Shown one piece after another: positions 1 through 13,514 of a DNA stretch of 64,000 nucleotides (position 1 is the first letter of the stretch; each line of letters begins with the position of its first letter). Location of the stretch: positions 131,380,001 to 131,444,000 of the forward strand of contig NC_086097.1 of NCBI RefSeq assembly GCF_963921235.1, read 5' to 3'. Source of the stretch: Mobula hypostoma. Its lineage: Eukaryota. The notes beneath the pieces are model-generated. The model did no database searches. It saw only the letters and a program-made list of their open reading frames with translations, and was not told the origin of the DNA. Position numbers and translations under genes: made by a program.

Positions 1-1364
1 AACTGTAGATCTCAGGTGCCAACAGTACCAGAACCATGCTTAAAAGAAAAAGGAAGCGTAAAAGAAATGAAGTAAGCAGTTTTGTGACCACTTGGAGGAT
101 GTCGCCCATGGCAGCATTGTTCGCTAGTGCCATTTTAACCCAACCTAATTTTCAGTTCTATTGACTTTAGTTGGAGACTAAATTGGCAAGGTGCAAAGCA
201 AGATCCCAGTTCAGTAACTCCCTATACCTGTCTGCCTGGTTATTAATGCTGAACTGATCCTCCCCTAAGGGGGTATTGTTCAAAGAGAACATGATTTGTA
301 AATAGCATTGATTAGTTTGATGACACAATGAATGCATTGACTTGATGACACAATGAATGTAAAGAAAGTCATATACAGATTATATTGTAATAATTGGTAC
401 TTGATTTACTATGGTCACATGTACCAAGGTACACTGAAGAGCTATTGTTTGCACATCACCCAGACAGATCATGAGTACATTGGAGTAGTGCAAAAGGAAA
501 AGAAAACAGAAAGCAGAATATTGTGTTACAGTTATAGCTAAAGTGTATGCATGTTGATAAATTAAGTCTATAGGCCTCGAAGAAGTAGATTGAATTCATC
601 TTTAATGTATAAGAAGTCTATTCAAGAGACTTATAATAGCACAATAGAATCTGCCTTTGAGACTGGTGGTGCTTGTTCTCAAACTTTTGCATCTTCTGCC
701 TGATAGGAGGGAGGAGATGAGAAAGTAGGTCCTTGTTTCCCAAATACGTATTTTAAAAACAAAGTTTGTTTTTGAATTAAAGAAAATTCTCCTTATTTCG
801 CCATCCACCTGCAACATTCTTCATTCCCTAAAGCAACTGATAGTACTGAAGCAATCAAATATCACTTCAGTTCAAATAACCGTAGATACTTCTGTGATAA
901 CAAGTTTTGGAACTATAGTTCCAAACTCCAGATCGATGTTTCCCAGTCATTTCTGGTTTGATCAGCTACAGATTTAAGGGGAATTCATTTCCTCTAAGTT
1001 TCCTCCTATTAGATAGCAGGTTGCTTCTCTATAGCAAAAAGCTTTGATTTCTATGCTGTCATACCAATCATTTCAGCAAACCACTACTTTGAGGAAGGAC
1101 AAAGGAAAAGCTATAGCAGAAGGTAGAATATACGGAGCAGACTGACAATAAAGTGCAAAGACATGGTGTGATAGATTGTGAGTTCCTGGGATTTACTTAA
1201 TCAACGTAAAAAAGGCCAATAATTTCCTCCAGGAACTTTGTATGCAGAACTAATTTTAAATTGCTTGTGTATGTATTTATGGCAAAAAGTATTCTTTAAT
1301 CTACTGACAAAATCTAAAATTGTTTCGATTTCCCAGCGTGACTAAATGCAACTAAATACACTCC

Positions 1365-1800
1365 ACTATAAGAAAGGTGCCATTAAGCTAGAATGAGTGC
1401 AGAGGGGCTCTATGTGGCTGTTGTCAGAACTCAGGGGACCAAGTTATGGGGAGAGGTTGAGCAGGTTAGGACTTTTTTCAGTGGTTAATGTGAGGTGATC
1501 TCAATCTTCTGTTGAGTATTTTATTTTTTTAGTGCCAAATAGGCACTTCTGGCCTTTCAAGCCACATCACCCAGCAGCTACTGATTTAAGCCCAGCTTAG
1601 TCAAGGGACAATTTACAATGAACAATTAACCTACTAACCGGTACATCTTTGGACAATGGGAAGAAACCAGAGGACCCAGAGAAAGCCCACTTATTTCATG
1701 GGGAGGATGTACTTATTATATAGAGGTGTATAAAATTATAAGGGTCATGATATAGCATCTGAAACAATTAAACCCTCCATGAACATCACCAAAGAACAGT
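1365..1800 (+). mobile_element. Old CR1-type LINE 3' fragment interrupted by a minus-strand V-SINE-like fragment (~1540-1715)
   Basis: Degenerate ORF2 C-terminal codons (HYRK..LE*VQR; IEVYKIIRG at ~1718-1745) flank a SINE-like segment (caatttacaatgaacaattaacctactaacc...gaaaccagaggaccc). Confidence 0.55.
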
Positions 1801-3139
1801 TGATAGTAAGACAGTTGACTAAAGGAGAAAGTTTTAAGAACAGTCTTAAAAGAGGAGAGAAACAGATAAGGGAACGATTTAGGGGATTGGGAGATGGGGT
1901 CATTCCATAGCAACTCAATTTATGGATATTGGTGATGGAGCAATTATGCTTAGGGAAGCAAAGGAGGCCAGAATTAGAAGAATGCAGAGATTATTTGGCT
2001 TGCAAGACTCAAAAGAGTCTACAGAGAAGATAACTGGGAGCAAGGAGGCATTTGAAAACAAGCACAAGGGTTTTAAATTGAACCAAACTAATATGTGATA
2101 CCCAGATGAAGTCCAGTGTGGTGATTAGGATCTGCTGATACCTTCTCCCAGTTTGTGTGTTTACTCTAATATTGTTAAGGCTGATAGCCCCTTCTAATCA
2201 TTGGCAAACCTCCCCACTCTTCACCATCTGAGAGGTTGCATACCTCATGTTTTAACCCCCTGGTGTCCATCCAGCTGGGAAGATTTGGAGCATTGCAATC
2301 ATGGACCCACACTAACCAAACATAGGCAAAACAATAAACCAGCGATGCTTTCAAGACTCAATATGATACTGCTTCCCTTTCAGTAACTCTGGGATCTCCA
2401 GAGTGAGTTGGTTAATATAATTTCTGATCTCCAGCAATGATTGAAAGAAGGTGTGATGTAGAGTTAACATAAAACACTTTGTAGCAATGAGGTGGATAAA
2501 GTGTGGAACATACCATTATGAGTGTGATTTATCAATCACCCTGAGTTAATGCTGCACTTTATCCACCTTATTCATGCTCTGATCTTTACATATGTGTGAG
2601 TGTTCCACAACAGATGTGCAGAATTGGGAATAATCATTGAAAGGTGAATCTCCCGTCATGTGGTGTACAATGAGCTGGTCTTGTGACTCGTTTAAAAATA
2701 GAACGATCACATAAAATGTTTACTATTAAGTTTGCAGTTCACAAAGTTTCCCAAGGCCCCATCAGTACAAAGATCAGAAAAGCCGTGTGCTGCTTTTGAC
2801 GAGAATGATTAGTTGTTTTCATGTTTCCCAGGAAACATCATTCCTTAAGACTTTAAGCCAGGCCAGGAATCAAATATTACATTTTGTTGAATACCAACTC
2901 AATAGAAAATCTGCTTTGAAAAGAAGTTAAGTTTTTCTGCATTCTTTGAGTTGTGAGATGATTTTAATCTTATTTCTTCCTCAATAACCATGAGATCAGG
3001 CATATCACACTCATCTGGGTGATTTATGAATGAATCACCTCTACCCTGTTTCTTCAGAGTGTATTGCTTCTTCATGTCATATAGAGGGCTTCTATCTTCT
3101 ACATCAACAAGCAGGCTGGCCACAAGGTGAAAGTGGCCA

Positions 3140-4190
3140 CAAGGTGAAAGTGGCCACATTAAGTAAATATGGAGTTAAAGAAGGCATCTAGCATGCTTGT
3201 CGAGGTGAAAGTGGCCACATTAAGTAGATAGGGAGTGAAGGAAGGCATATAGCATGCTTGTCTTCATTTGTTGGGACACTGAGTATAAGAGTAAGGAAGT
3301 AATGCTGGAGTTAAATAAAACCTTAGTTAGTCAGCACTTGGATTGTTGTGTGCAACGCTGGTTGTCCTATTAAAGGAAGGATGCAGAGACAGAAGAGCCT
3401 TAGCATGCAGTAGCATAGTGGTTTGTGCAATCGCTTTACAATGCCAGTGATCACTGATTGAGATTCTATTCCCACTGCTCTTTGTAAGGAATTTGTACGT
3501 TTTCTCTGCGACCACATAGGTTTCTTTCGGGTGCTCTGGTGCCCTCCCACATGCCAAAAATGTACAGGTTAGGATTAGTAAATTGTTCGCTCTTGCAGGT
3601 TGCAGGTTGCCCTGTCACAATCCTTATACTGCGTTGATTGTTGATGCAAAATTACACACTTTACTGTATGCTTCGATGTACTGTACATGTGACAAATAAA
3701 GCTAATCTTTATCTTTTGCTTTAAATCAGTGGGATGCTGCCTGGATTAGAGGGTATGAGCTATAAGATGATGTTTATAAACCTCATTTGTTTTCTCTGCA
3801 GTGCTGGAGGTTGAGGAGAGACCTACCCAAAGTTTATACAATTATGAGAGGTATAGATGGGTAGACAATCATAATTCTTCCCTATTCTATACCAGAGGAC
3901 ACATATTTAAGGTAAGAAAGGGCCTGTTTTAAGGGTATGTGTGGAGCAAGTTTTTTTTACACAGAGAGAAGTGGCTGGCTGCAATCGGCTGCCCTAGCTG
4001 GCGGTGGAAGCTACAGTAAATGATAGGAGCATTTAAGAGGGTGTTAGACAGATATATGGATATGCAGGGAATGAAGGATATGGATTATATGCTGGCAGAA
4101 GAGATTTAGCTTAGTTTAGCACCGTGTTCAGCACAGACATTGGGGACCAAAGGGCCTGTTTCTCTGCTGTATAGTTTTATGTTCTGTGTT
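3140..4190 (+). mobile_element. CR1-type LINE 3' fragment with nested SINE
   Basis: Degenerate ORF2 tail (LNKTLVSQHLDCCVQ; MLPGLEGMSY) and 3' UTR ending gggcctgtttctctgctgtatagttttatgttctgtgtt. Confidence 0.7.
3400..3720 (+). mobile_element. V-SINE-like tRNA-derived SINE nested in CR1
   Basis: A-box-like tagcatagtgg; V-domain motif ggtttctttcgggtgctctggt..ctcccac; tail tgtacatgtgacaaataaagctaatcttt. Confidence 0.65.
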
Positions 4191-4304
4191 TTAACCCACT
4201 ATCTTCTCTGTTTTCCTCCAACTACAGCCACCTGAGCTACTCGAGTTCCATAGTTCAACTGCTGAAACCCCTGCCTTTTCTTGCCTATGATCAAAATTCT
4301 GGAA

Positions 4305-4480
4305 AAATAAATGGAAATGCTGGAAACACTCAGCAGGTCAGGCGGCATCTGTAGAGCGAGAGCCAATGTTAACGTTGCAGGTCAATCACCTTTCATCAAC
4401 TTTTAGGTCATTGACCTGAAATATTGCACCCTATTTCTCCATTGATGCTGTCTGAGCATTTTCAGATTTTTCTCTGTTTC
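4305..4480. mobile_element. Penelope-type pseudo-LTR fragments in fold-back arrangement, degenerate hammerhead region
   Basis: aaatgctggaaacactcagcaggtcaggcggcatctg ... inverted gatgctgtctgagcattttcaga; ttgcaggtcaatcacctttcatca pairs with ttgacctgaaa. Confidence 0.55.
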
Positions 4481-4489
4481 TCTTTATAA

Positions 4490-4770
4490 ACCTCTCTGCC
4501 TTTACAAATTTCTCTAAAAAGTTCTACCCAAATTTCCAAGTAATCTATAATTTGCTGTTGCCTGAGGCAACTATCATGGCTATCGACAACACCACCTATT
4601 TTTGTATCATCTGCAAACCTAGTAATTGTACTTCCCACATTCACATTCAGATCACTAATAAATTTCAGAAAGCAAAGGTTCTAGCACCAGTTCCTGTAAT
4701 ACACCACTAGCCACAGACTTTGAATCAGGAAAAATCCTTCCAGCACTACCCTCTGCCCCCTATCACCGAG
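4490..4770 (-). mobile_element. CR1-type LINE RT fragment
   Basis: ORF 4462-4644(-) contains TRFADDTKIGGVVDS, the CR1 RT catalytic FADD motif. Confidence 0.8.
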
Positions 4771-5228
4771 ATGTACAGCTGAGTCAGACTGTCCGGTATA
4801 ATTGGGCCCTTGGTCAATTCAGATAGATGAAGTTCATACCAGCTGAAATGGTTGTAGGTGAGAAAGGCAGACCTTTTGTTCAATCATTCTGATAGTGATT
4901 TTGGAGTTTGTCATGGAAATAAAATAGATGGTACACTGAAGATCCACTTCATCTGGCTCCTTTGCCATCAGCTTGCGTAAAGCTGTTCAGTAAAGGAACA
5001 TCTATGTAGCATCAAGGATCCCCATTGTTGGGCTGTGCTCTCTTCTTGTTGCTATTGTCGGGCCAAAGATCCAGAAACCTGAAATTCCACACCACCAGGT
5101 ATAGGAACGATTAGTTTCCTACAACGATCAGTTCCTGATCTAACCCGCACGACCCTCATCTTACCTCAGCAATGGAACACTATAGGCCACTTCTTGAACT
5201 ATGATGGATATGTCTGTGATTATTTGTT

Positions 5229-5530
5229 GGCGCGTGGCCAAGTGGTTAAGGCGTTTGTCTAGTGATCTGAAGGTCGCTAGTTTGAGCCTTGGCTGAGGCA
5301 GCGTGTGTGTCCTTGAGCAAGGCACTTAACCACACATTGCTCTGTGACGACACCAGTGCCAAGCTCTATGGGTCCTAATGCCCTTCCCGTGGACTACATC
5401 AGTGTCATGGAGAGGGGAGACTTGCAGCACGGGCAACTGCTGGTCTTCCACACAACCTTGCCCAGGCCTGCACCCTCGAAACCTTCCAAGGCACAAATCC
5501 ATGATCTCATGAGACTAACGATGCCTAATA
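5229..5530 (+). mobile_element. tRNA-derived CORE-like SINE with RTE-like 3' end (copy 1)
   Basis: A box TGGCCAAGTGG, B box GTTTGAGCC, CORE-like gtccttgagcaaggcacttaacc; highly similar to 49870-50184; probable TSD atttgtt (5222-5228/5531-5537). Confidence 0.85.
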
Positions 5531-6847
5531 ATTTGTTTTGAACTAATGTCTTGACTTTCACTGTCTTTTTCATCACTATGTTTTATGTTCTGTATCCACA
5601 TGCTTGTAATGCTGCTGCAAACAAGTTTTCACTGTAACTGTAATCTCATATATTTGTTCAACATGACCATGAACTTAACATGAATTCTCTTCCAACTTCA
5701 CTGTGGGGTTGTGAATTTACAAAGATGTTTGGAAGAAGTGGTGGAGTAGAGGGTGATAGCAACCACTTGTAAATCCAACTCTTTATTCTGGAATGATCAT
5801 GTTTCTCCTCAGACCCTTCAGCAGTAATATGGGCAAGCACCGTGGAAGTTCATGGCGTAGCCACAGTTGTCAGTACAAATGCTCTCGCTCAAAACTTACA
5901 GACTTCCCGTCTGGAGTTCAGACCACTATAAACCAAACAGTTTCGTTTATCACCTTCTGACACTGGACTAAGCAGATGCTTCAAGCTAAAGGGGAACATG
6001 ATGGTTAAAAAGGCAATATTGGACAGGGCTGTGTGTAAATATGCAATTGCTTCTGCAGTTCTCTGGTGTTATGTCATTAATTTGGGATAAGAAAATGCCA
6101 TTTCATCTGTCTCTCTTATCCTGCTAATATTCTAAATAAAGTAGAAAATATATGAAGTAAACTTTCAAGACAACTGCTAGTGAGCTGTCAGACTTGGATC
6201 TGTGATCGTGACAAACTTCTCAGAACTTTTGCTATGTCATTTGTAATTATGTAAATCTGTAAAAATCTTGTAAAAACTGTATAATTTAGAATATGCTTAG
6301 TTTTTTTTGTGAATGCTGCTTGTATGATGTTATGTGTCTGTGATGCTGCTGTAAGTGAGTTTTTCATGTAACCTATACATCCAGGTGTGACAATAAACTT
6401 GAACTTTGTCTGGATGTGGCCATTATAACACATACTTTTGGCTAACCTTCTATCTTGTCCTCTCTGTAAATGTGAGCTCATCCCAAGCATTGCTGTCCAT
6501 GTCCGAACTCACACCTATTAGCCTTGACTGATGTAGGTTGATGTCAGGATTGGTAATGCTTTTATTTTAAAATTCGTATCTTTGTTAATTTCTTTCATGC
6601 CCTCTCTCCCGCCCATCTCTGTATGCTTGCCAGCCAACTTTGTTTGATCCAATTCTGAATCCTGTCTGATCCTCGAATTTAATCCCTCTGCTATTGGCAG
6701 CTGTGCCTTCAGCTACTGAACGCTTTTGCTTCAGCATTTCTTCCCAAAACTTCTCCACTCGGAGTAACACCTGTCTTAGTGTCTCCATAATTGCCTCTTT
6801 ATTTTTTTTCTGCATTATTGCAAAACGCACTGTGTTGTTGAATTAAC

Positions 6848-7205
6848 TAACAATCTGCTGGAGGAACTCTGAAGATCAAGTAGCATCTGTTGGGGGAAAG
6901 GAACTGTTGATATTTTGCGTTGATACCCAACGTCAAAACTCACAAAAGAATGCAGATGCTGGAATCTGGAGCAACAAACAATTTGTTGGAGGAACTCAGT
7001 AGGTCAAGCAGCATCTGTGGGGGGTGGGGGGGAGGGGGAAGCAATTGTTGGCATTTCAGATAAAGACCCTGCACCGTTTAGGTTTTGACATGAAGTGTTG
7101 ATAAAACCTCTCCCTCCACAGAGGCTGCTTGACCTACTGAATTCCTCCAGCAGTTTATTCATTGCTCCAGCCGGATTCCTGTGCTTGAAGCCTCTTGTGC
7201 CTCTA
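6848..7205. mobile_element. Penelope-type pseudo-LTR cluster: two tandem minus copies plus one inverted copy
   Basis: Repeated caatctgctggaggaactc..tcaagcagcatctgt units at ~6850 and ~6975; inverted acagaggctgcttgacctactgaattcctccagcag at ~7120-7155. Confidence 0.65.
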
Positions 7206-10200
7206 GTGTGCAGTTGAAAGTTAAATTCAAATTAAAATTGTTGCTGTGCAGTGCCTAAGAATAATATGCCCATGCACTGAAATTCTTTAAGCTGTCAGTG
7301 TCATATCCACAATCCACTTTCATTTTTCCAGCCATCCACCTCTGGCAGGCCTAAGCCCCCCACCTACAATAGCAACTAAATTGCTGACAAACACATAATC
7401 CTCACAGCTTGCCACCAAAGAGAGAGTTGAAGCTGTCCATCAGCAACATAAATGACATAGGACTACAAGGAACAGAGAATTAATATGGTTCAACGAGGCG
7501 GAAAGCACAGGTTAACCACCAAGAAGTGGCTTTTTTTAAAAAGCAGCTTCTGGATATGTTAACAGTTCCACATGCCAACCTTTTATCTCTGTCTGAATGC
7601 ATCTGAAAAAAAAAGCCCCTTGCATACTCTTTTTTATGAGGTTGTTGATTAAGGGTGGTCACCATCTGTGCAAACTGTCTCAAACAGTGACCTTCCTCCC
7701 AAAGCCAGGAAGTGTACAAAATGCCTTAGAACAAAAAGCTGTGATAAGTTTGAGTGGGAATGGGTTTATTACCTGGGTTCAGAAGGCATCTTCGTTTGAG
7801 CAATTTGCCATTTATTATTGATTCTGCTAGTTATGAAAGTTCTGGGGCATTTTGAGAATGACAACACCACCCACATTTAAAGAGCAAGTTGCCTTTGCAC
7901 GCACTAAATGTAAACACACACTCTCAGGAAGCTGGAAATACTGAAACTAGAAAGGCGAAGAGTTCAACTATTTAAAGTATCACAACAAATTCCACTGATA
8001 ATGAATATTAAAATTTAAAAAAAATCAAGATTCATGGGAATACAATTTGTAAGAACGCGCATTACCTAATTGATATATTTAAAATGTGCGCAGTTACAGT
8101 GGTTATCCCTGCCCATTCTGTACCTAAATTAATTGAGCTCACTCAGAACTCTGTGGTAAGTGCCACTCACTCTTGGTTTTGATCCACACTGTCTCCCAGT
8201 TACAATGCCAAATGCTGTTTTCACTTCCCTCCTTGGTTCCCCACCTCCATAACTCTGTAATCTTTGCCAGCCCTATGACCAAGATAACACACACAAAATG
8301 CTTATAACCAAGATACTTGCATCCCTCCAATTCTGGCTTCTTTGATCATCTTCAAACTGAACTATTGGTGGCTGCATACTTCTTTCTCTTCCTTTATAGT
8401 ATTCCTAACAGCCTAACTCCTGGATTAGGCTTTTGGTCATCTGCCCCAGTACCTCTCTCATTCTGCAGCTTGCTGTTAATTTTTTATTCAATAATGTCCC
8501 TGCAATCAAATTGGAACATATTGGTACGTTAAAGGTGCTGTGTCAAGGGAAATTATTATTTTTGATAAAGCAATAATAATTGGACACGAAAAAATTTAGG
8601 ATTGCCTCCGTGAATTAAGTTGCACCGCTTGTTTTCACATTTCACTTATTTTCCTTCTTTAAGGTAGCAAATATAGTTTGCATATAAATTCTTTGCATAA
8701 TTGAATGTGAGTGTTTTCCTTTGCATTTAAGGAACAGATGGTAAAATGGCATCACAGCCCCTTGCCGTTTAATACTGCTTGTTTTTCTTTGAAACAAGAA
8801 TTTAGTCTGATCTGCTTTCTGTGTGAAGAAAAAGAAAAAAGGCAGCAATGGTCAATCATTAGTGCTCTTTTGCAGTAATAAAATGTCTAGACAGCAATTA
8901 ACATCTATTTCCCTCAAGAATTTAACTGTGTCATCAGTGACTCCTCATAGCTTGCAGTTACCAATTTGAAGATGTTTTATCATCAATCAAATTCTAAATT
9001 TGAACAGTATTTGCTTTCAAGAATGCCATTGTCTTCCACACCTCCACCCACCCAAACCCCCCCCCCCCCACAACCTCCCTCCGCTGCTCAACAATCTCAA
9101 TCCTTCCTGTCCTGACAGGAGTGCAGAAAAATGATAGTCTTAGGCTGGACTCAATTAGTACAGCTCGGAGGTAAAATGTGTGAATTCCAAAGACTGAGTG
9201 CTTAATTACCTCCAAGATGGAAATTGTCATATTTCCTTGTAATCTTCACCCAATTCCACTAGAAACATGAATCAAGTGGGTGAACAAAACAATGAATTCC
9301 TTGTTTACCTGTTGCTTTCTCTTACTGAGTAATCATGCCATTATTTCATGGAGCCAGTCAAATAGAAGCGGACGGCCAAGTGCACAGCCTGTTTTCTGGA
9401 CATTGTTGCTAAGATTATAAATAAACTTGCCACCAGTGCGATGAAGGGAAGCAGTGTTGCCAGATTTGGAAGAGGACAGTGAAGTTTTAATTATGCCACT
9501 GTGGTGTGAGTCAAGTCCTCTGCAATGGCCGATTTAATCGGCATCTGTTTTTCGCTGCAGAATGGTCTGTTTTGATGCCAGATATTTTCTTGAGTGTTTG
9601 GAGATAATTAAAACAATCTGTTTCTCACGAGAGCCAATGTCCTATCAATTGTAGCTTAATAGGCCCATTATATAGAAGATATTTAAGTCCAGCTTTAATC
9701 AAAGGAAGGGAACAATGAAGTCCCCTACTAGATTATGTATTCCAGTTAAACACAAACTATTAAAATTTTTACACAAACCAATCAAAGTCTAACTCTGGCT
9801 CAGTGAATCTGTGTTGCAATTGATTTCTCACAATGTAAAGTTCTCTAAAAATTGCAGAATGTGATCAAATGTTGAGAAAATGCACCAGCTGAAATCACTT
9901 GAGTCAGTCTTCAAAAGAATTTGAGGGCATTGCCAAGGTGTGCAGAAAGTGACCAGGTTTATTCAATAACCCCCCAAGGTATTCTTAACAGGATTCATCT
10001 GTCTTGCAACCATTTCCTTGTCTGCTGAAAATTCTTCCTGATTCTATATTTATTGTTTGTCTGACTGAGTGGTGATGGAGAAATTCTCTTGTTGCATTGA
10101 TCATTCCCAGACTGGTGTAACTCGGATAGAATTTTAGGTTTGCTCCATGATATTTGTGATCCTACTATTTAGGTCTGTTGTAAACCCCTGAATTTAGTTG

Positions 10201-10274
10201 TTCTACCTAGACACTAAGGTCTGGAACTCTCAACTTGAATAAAGCTCAGCTCAGATATAAAACTGAAACCCAAA

Positions 10275-10515
10275 CCAAAGCCAATGTGAGCATGGCCAAT
10301 CTGAACTTGACTGTTACACAGCCAGTTTGAGTAGAACCCAGTCCATGGCTAATCTGAACCCCACCTGACCACAACCAATGCAATCCTGATGTGTACATGG
10401 TCAATCCAAACTCAACTTTTATGTGGCCAAACTGAGCTTGATTCAACATCAGCTGACCTGACCTGACCTTGAAGAATCCAAACCTGACAGACCCTGGCTA
10501 ATCTGAACCAGATTT
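10275..10515. repeat. Decayed ~26-bp minisatellite, consensus core (CA)TGGCYAATCTGAAC
   Basis: TGG of the motif at 10293, 10346, 10398, 10424 and 10495; weaker units near 10319 and 10372 fill the 26-bp period. Confidence 0.55.
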
Positions 10516-10671
10516 AGGCTTGATAGCCATAACCTCTTCCATGGAGTTGCATTAAATAGAATAATCCTAAAAGTGCTATAGATCTGTTTGAGGATAGAAC
10601 AATAAATATTGATCCAGAACAGAGGATACAATGGAAATAAATGCCGCCTCATATAGTTAAAGAACTGAACT

Positions 10672-11343
10672 GGACCATAGAAACCATAGAAAAACTACAG
10701 CACAGAAACAGGCCTTTTGGTCCTTCTTGGCTGTGCCGAACCATTTTCTGCCTAGTCCCACTGACCTGCACACGGACCATATCCCTCCATACACCTCCCA
10801 TCCATGTATCTGTCCAATTTATTCTTAAATGTTAAAACAACCCTACCTTTACCACCTCATCTGGCAGCTCATTCCATACTCCCACCACTCTCTGTGTGAA
10901 GAAGCCCCCACTAATGTTCCTTTTAAACTTTTCCCCCCTCACCCTTAACCCATGTCCTCTGGTTTTTTTTCTCCCCTTGCCTCAGTGGAAAAAGCCTGCT
11001 TGCATTCACTCTATCTATACCTATCTTAATTTTATATACCTCTATCAAATCTCCCCTCATTCTTCTACGCTCCAGGGAATAAAGTCCTAACCTATTCAAC
11101 CTTTCTCTATAACTGAGTTTCTCAAGCCCCGGCAATATCCTTGTAAACCTTCACTGCACCCTCTCAACCTTATTAAGATCCTTCCTGTAATTTGGTGACC
11201 AAAACTGAATACAATACTCCAGATTCGGCCTCACCAATGCCTTATACAACCTCATCATAACATTCCAGCTCTTATACTCAATACTTTGATTAATAAAGGC
11301 CAATGTACCAAAAGCTCTCTTTAAGACCCTATCTACCTGTGAC
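10672..11343 (-). mobile_element. CR1-type LINE 3' fragment (relatively young)
   Basis: ORF 10923-11135(-) MPGLEKLSYRERLNRLGLYSLERRRMRGDLIEVYKI; short tandem tail accatagaaaccatagaaa. Confidence 0.9.
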
Positions 11344-11875
11344 CAGTATTATCAAACAGAGGAACTGTGAAGATACCTTGAAATCTACTTCTTGTCTCAG
11401 TGCATTTCTCTTTGCTTTTTGACAAGTTTTGTTTGATCATCACTGCCCTTCTTTCTGTCCCATAACAGTTCCATAATTCTATATGATGGCTAAAATCTAG
11501 TTCATTGCTTGTTTCTGAACAATTATACTTTGTCACTTCTCCTGTGGAGATCGCTCATCGCTTCAAATTAAGATTTTGCATCCATATGACACTTCATGAT
11601 TTACACAGTCTAGAGTTACCCTGCCTCAGATTCCTGGATCTGCTATAAATATTACACACAGAATCAGAAGCATTGAGACAGGCCATTCAGCCTGTGCTGC
11701 TCTACATTTCCTCTCTCACTCTTCACATTACCTTCTACTTATATTTTGCTGTTCCCCCCATGTACAGCAAAGCAATTCACCTCCACTCATCCTTGAGGTA
11801 ACAGTTTTGATGTCCTCACTTATCATTTCTCCTGACTTCCCTGTTTTATTCACTAATGACAATATTGTACTGTCA

Positions 11876-12210
11876 TTAAAGTTCAAAGTATGTACACATT
11901 ACACTACCTTGATATTTGTCTCCTCACAGGCAGCCACAAAGCAAAGAAGCCAATAAGAACCCATCAAAAAAAAAACTGTCAAACACTCAACGTGCAGAGA
12001 GGGAAAAAAAAACAAATTGTGCAAACAGGGAAAGTAAGCACATGGCATTCCGAACAGAAGTGGGTGGGTAGAAGCGAAACCCGGAGCAGCCGAGCAGGCC
12101 ACCGTTTCAGCCTCAGTTCAGTGCAGAGCCAAGTAAACATCGTGGAGCAGCAAGCGGAACTGGCCCAACCCCTGCATTTTCAATCCATCTGGCCTGGCAG
12201 TTACCCAATC
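11876..12210 (-). mobile_element. Non-autonomous LINE-related repeat, 3' part (same family as 21380-21540)
   Basis: Shared string ttgagatttgtctcc.t.caggcagccacaaa.caaa..aacc...agaac and aaagttcaaag tail with 21380-21540. Confidence 0.55.
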
Positions 12211-13514
12211 CTTCCTTTATAACGTGGAATCATTTTTGCACACGAAGCTATTTCACATCTCCCCCTCCAGTACCCTTCCACCCCACCCCAACTCTCCCAG
12301 TCTCCCAGTCTGTGAAATCTTCCTGGTATTTTTTGAAGGCTTGAATTTGTAGACCTCCCTGGCATTCCATCATCTGACAAGTCAGCAAAGATATGGATGC
12401 ATCAACTTTGACTGTGATGGAAATACAATTCAGGCTTATTATTCATGCTTAATCATTAGGTATAGGTTCTTGCACTTTATCTGTCATTTGTTTGTCTTCT
12501 GCGTGCTGCATTAGGTATTCTTTGTGTAAGGTTATTTGAGAAGCTAATTTCAGTGTCAGAGCAGGGGATGATTTCTGAATAAACAAACAATTTGAGAAAC
12601 ATTTCTTCTCTTGTCTTATCAGGATCCCCAATCATCTTTAGCTAATTTTGAATGGGTTCTGGTAGCGTGCTGCTAACAGCAGAAACAGTGAAACACTGCC
12701 CAGTATCATTCCAGAGATACTTTTTTTCTGCAGCATCGAAGTTCCCAAATATTTCTCCTTCATCCCTTGGCGGACAGCTGGTGGTGAAGGAATGATTATT
12801 AATTCTGCAAGAAGCATTCATCACTTGCAACAATGATTGTGTGTGTATGCTGGGGGATGGGATAGGTCCATAATAACCCTTTGAAGTGGCTTTTTACTAA
12901 ACTTTCCAATGACTAACTTTGCCAGGAAGAAGAAGGGGAGGGGGAGGGTAGTATCACATGAAAAGGAAATGCAATAAAAGCTTCCTTATGACACCAATTT
13001 GCACATTTGTTATGCTTTGATATGCTAAACAGGTTTCATGGAATATAAAGCTGGATTGCCATAAACTCCATAGTTAGTGACAGTATATTCTGGGGGTGAG
13101 GGGCAGTGATCTGTCTCAAAGGACTACAAGGGCTTTGTAATGAGTGAGGGGTTATCTTCTCCACTGAGGCATATGGGAAACTAACACAATTTGAAAAGTG
13201 GGTTCTTTTCAGAGTCCAATCTATTATTAAACCCTCAAGCAACCCCACTGAAAGCTGCTGACCAATGTGCCATTACTATTTGCTGGGGCTTGCTGAGTGC
13301 AAATTGGGTTGTGCAAGTCCCTCCTCAATACCAGTGATATCTACACGAGGCACTGCCTCAAGAAGACAACATCTATAATTAAAGAACCTCACCACCCCAG
13401 GCTCTGCCATTTTTTCACAGCTACCATTGAAAAAGAGGTAAACAAAATTGGTTAAAATATTTATTATGGAAATTCAGTGAAAATGTTGTCTTGCATATTG
13501 TCCATATTGGTTAA

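Noticed and set aside
305..360. Small tandem duplication (gcattga…ttgatgacacaatgaatg x2)
   Set aside because: Ordinary local duplication with no further structure.
5229..5300. tRNA gene (also at ~49878-49950)
   Set aside because: A and B boxes continue into a SINE body with tail and TSD; no complete cloverleaf or poly-T terminator.
10275..10515. CRISPR-like repeat-spacer array
   Set aside because: Eukaryotic context, no cas genes, and short degenerate repeats with irregular spacing; better explained as a decayed minisatellite.
12449..12833. Two adjacent minus-strand ORFs in unique sequence
   Set aside because: Lengths expected by chance, no recognisable domain, no consistent splice signals.
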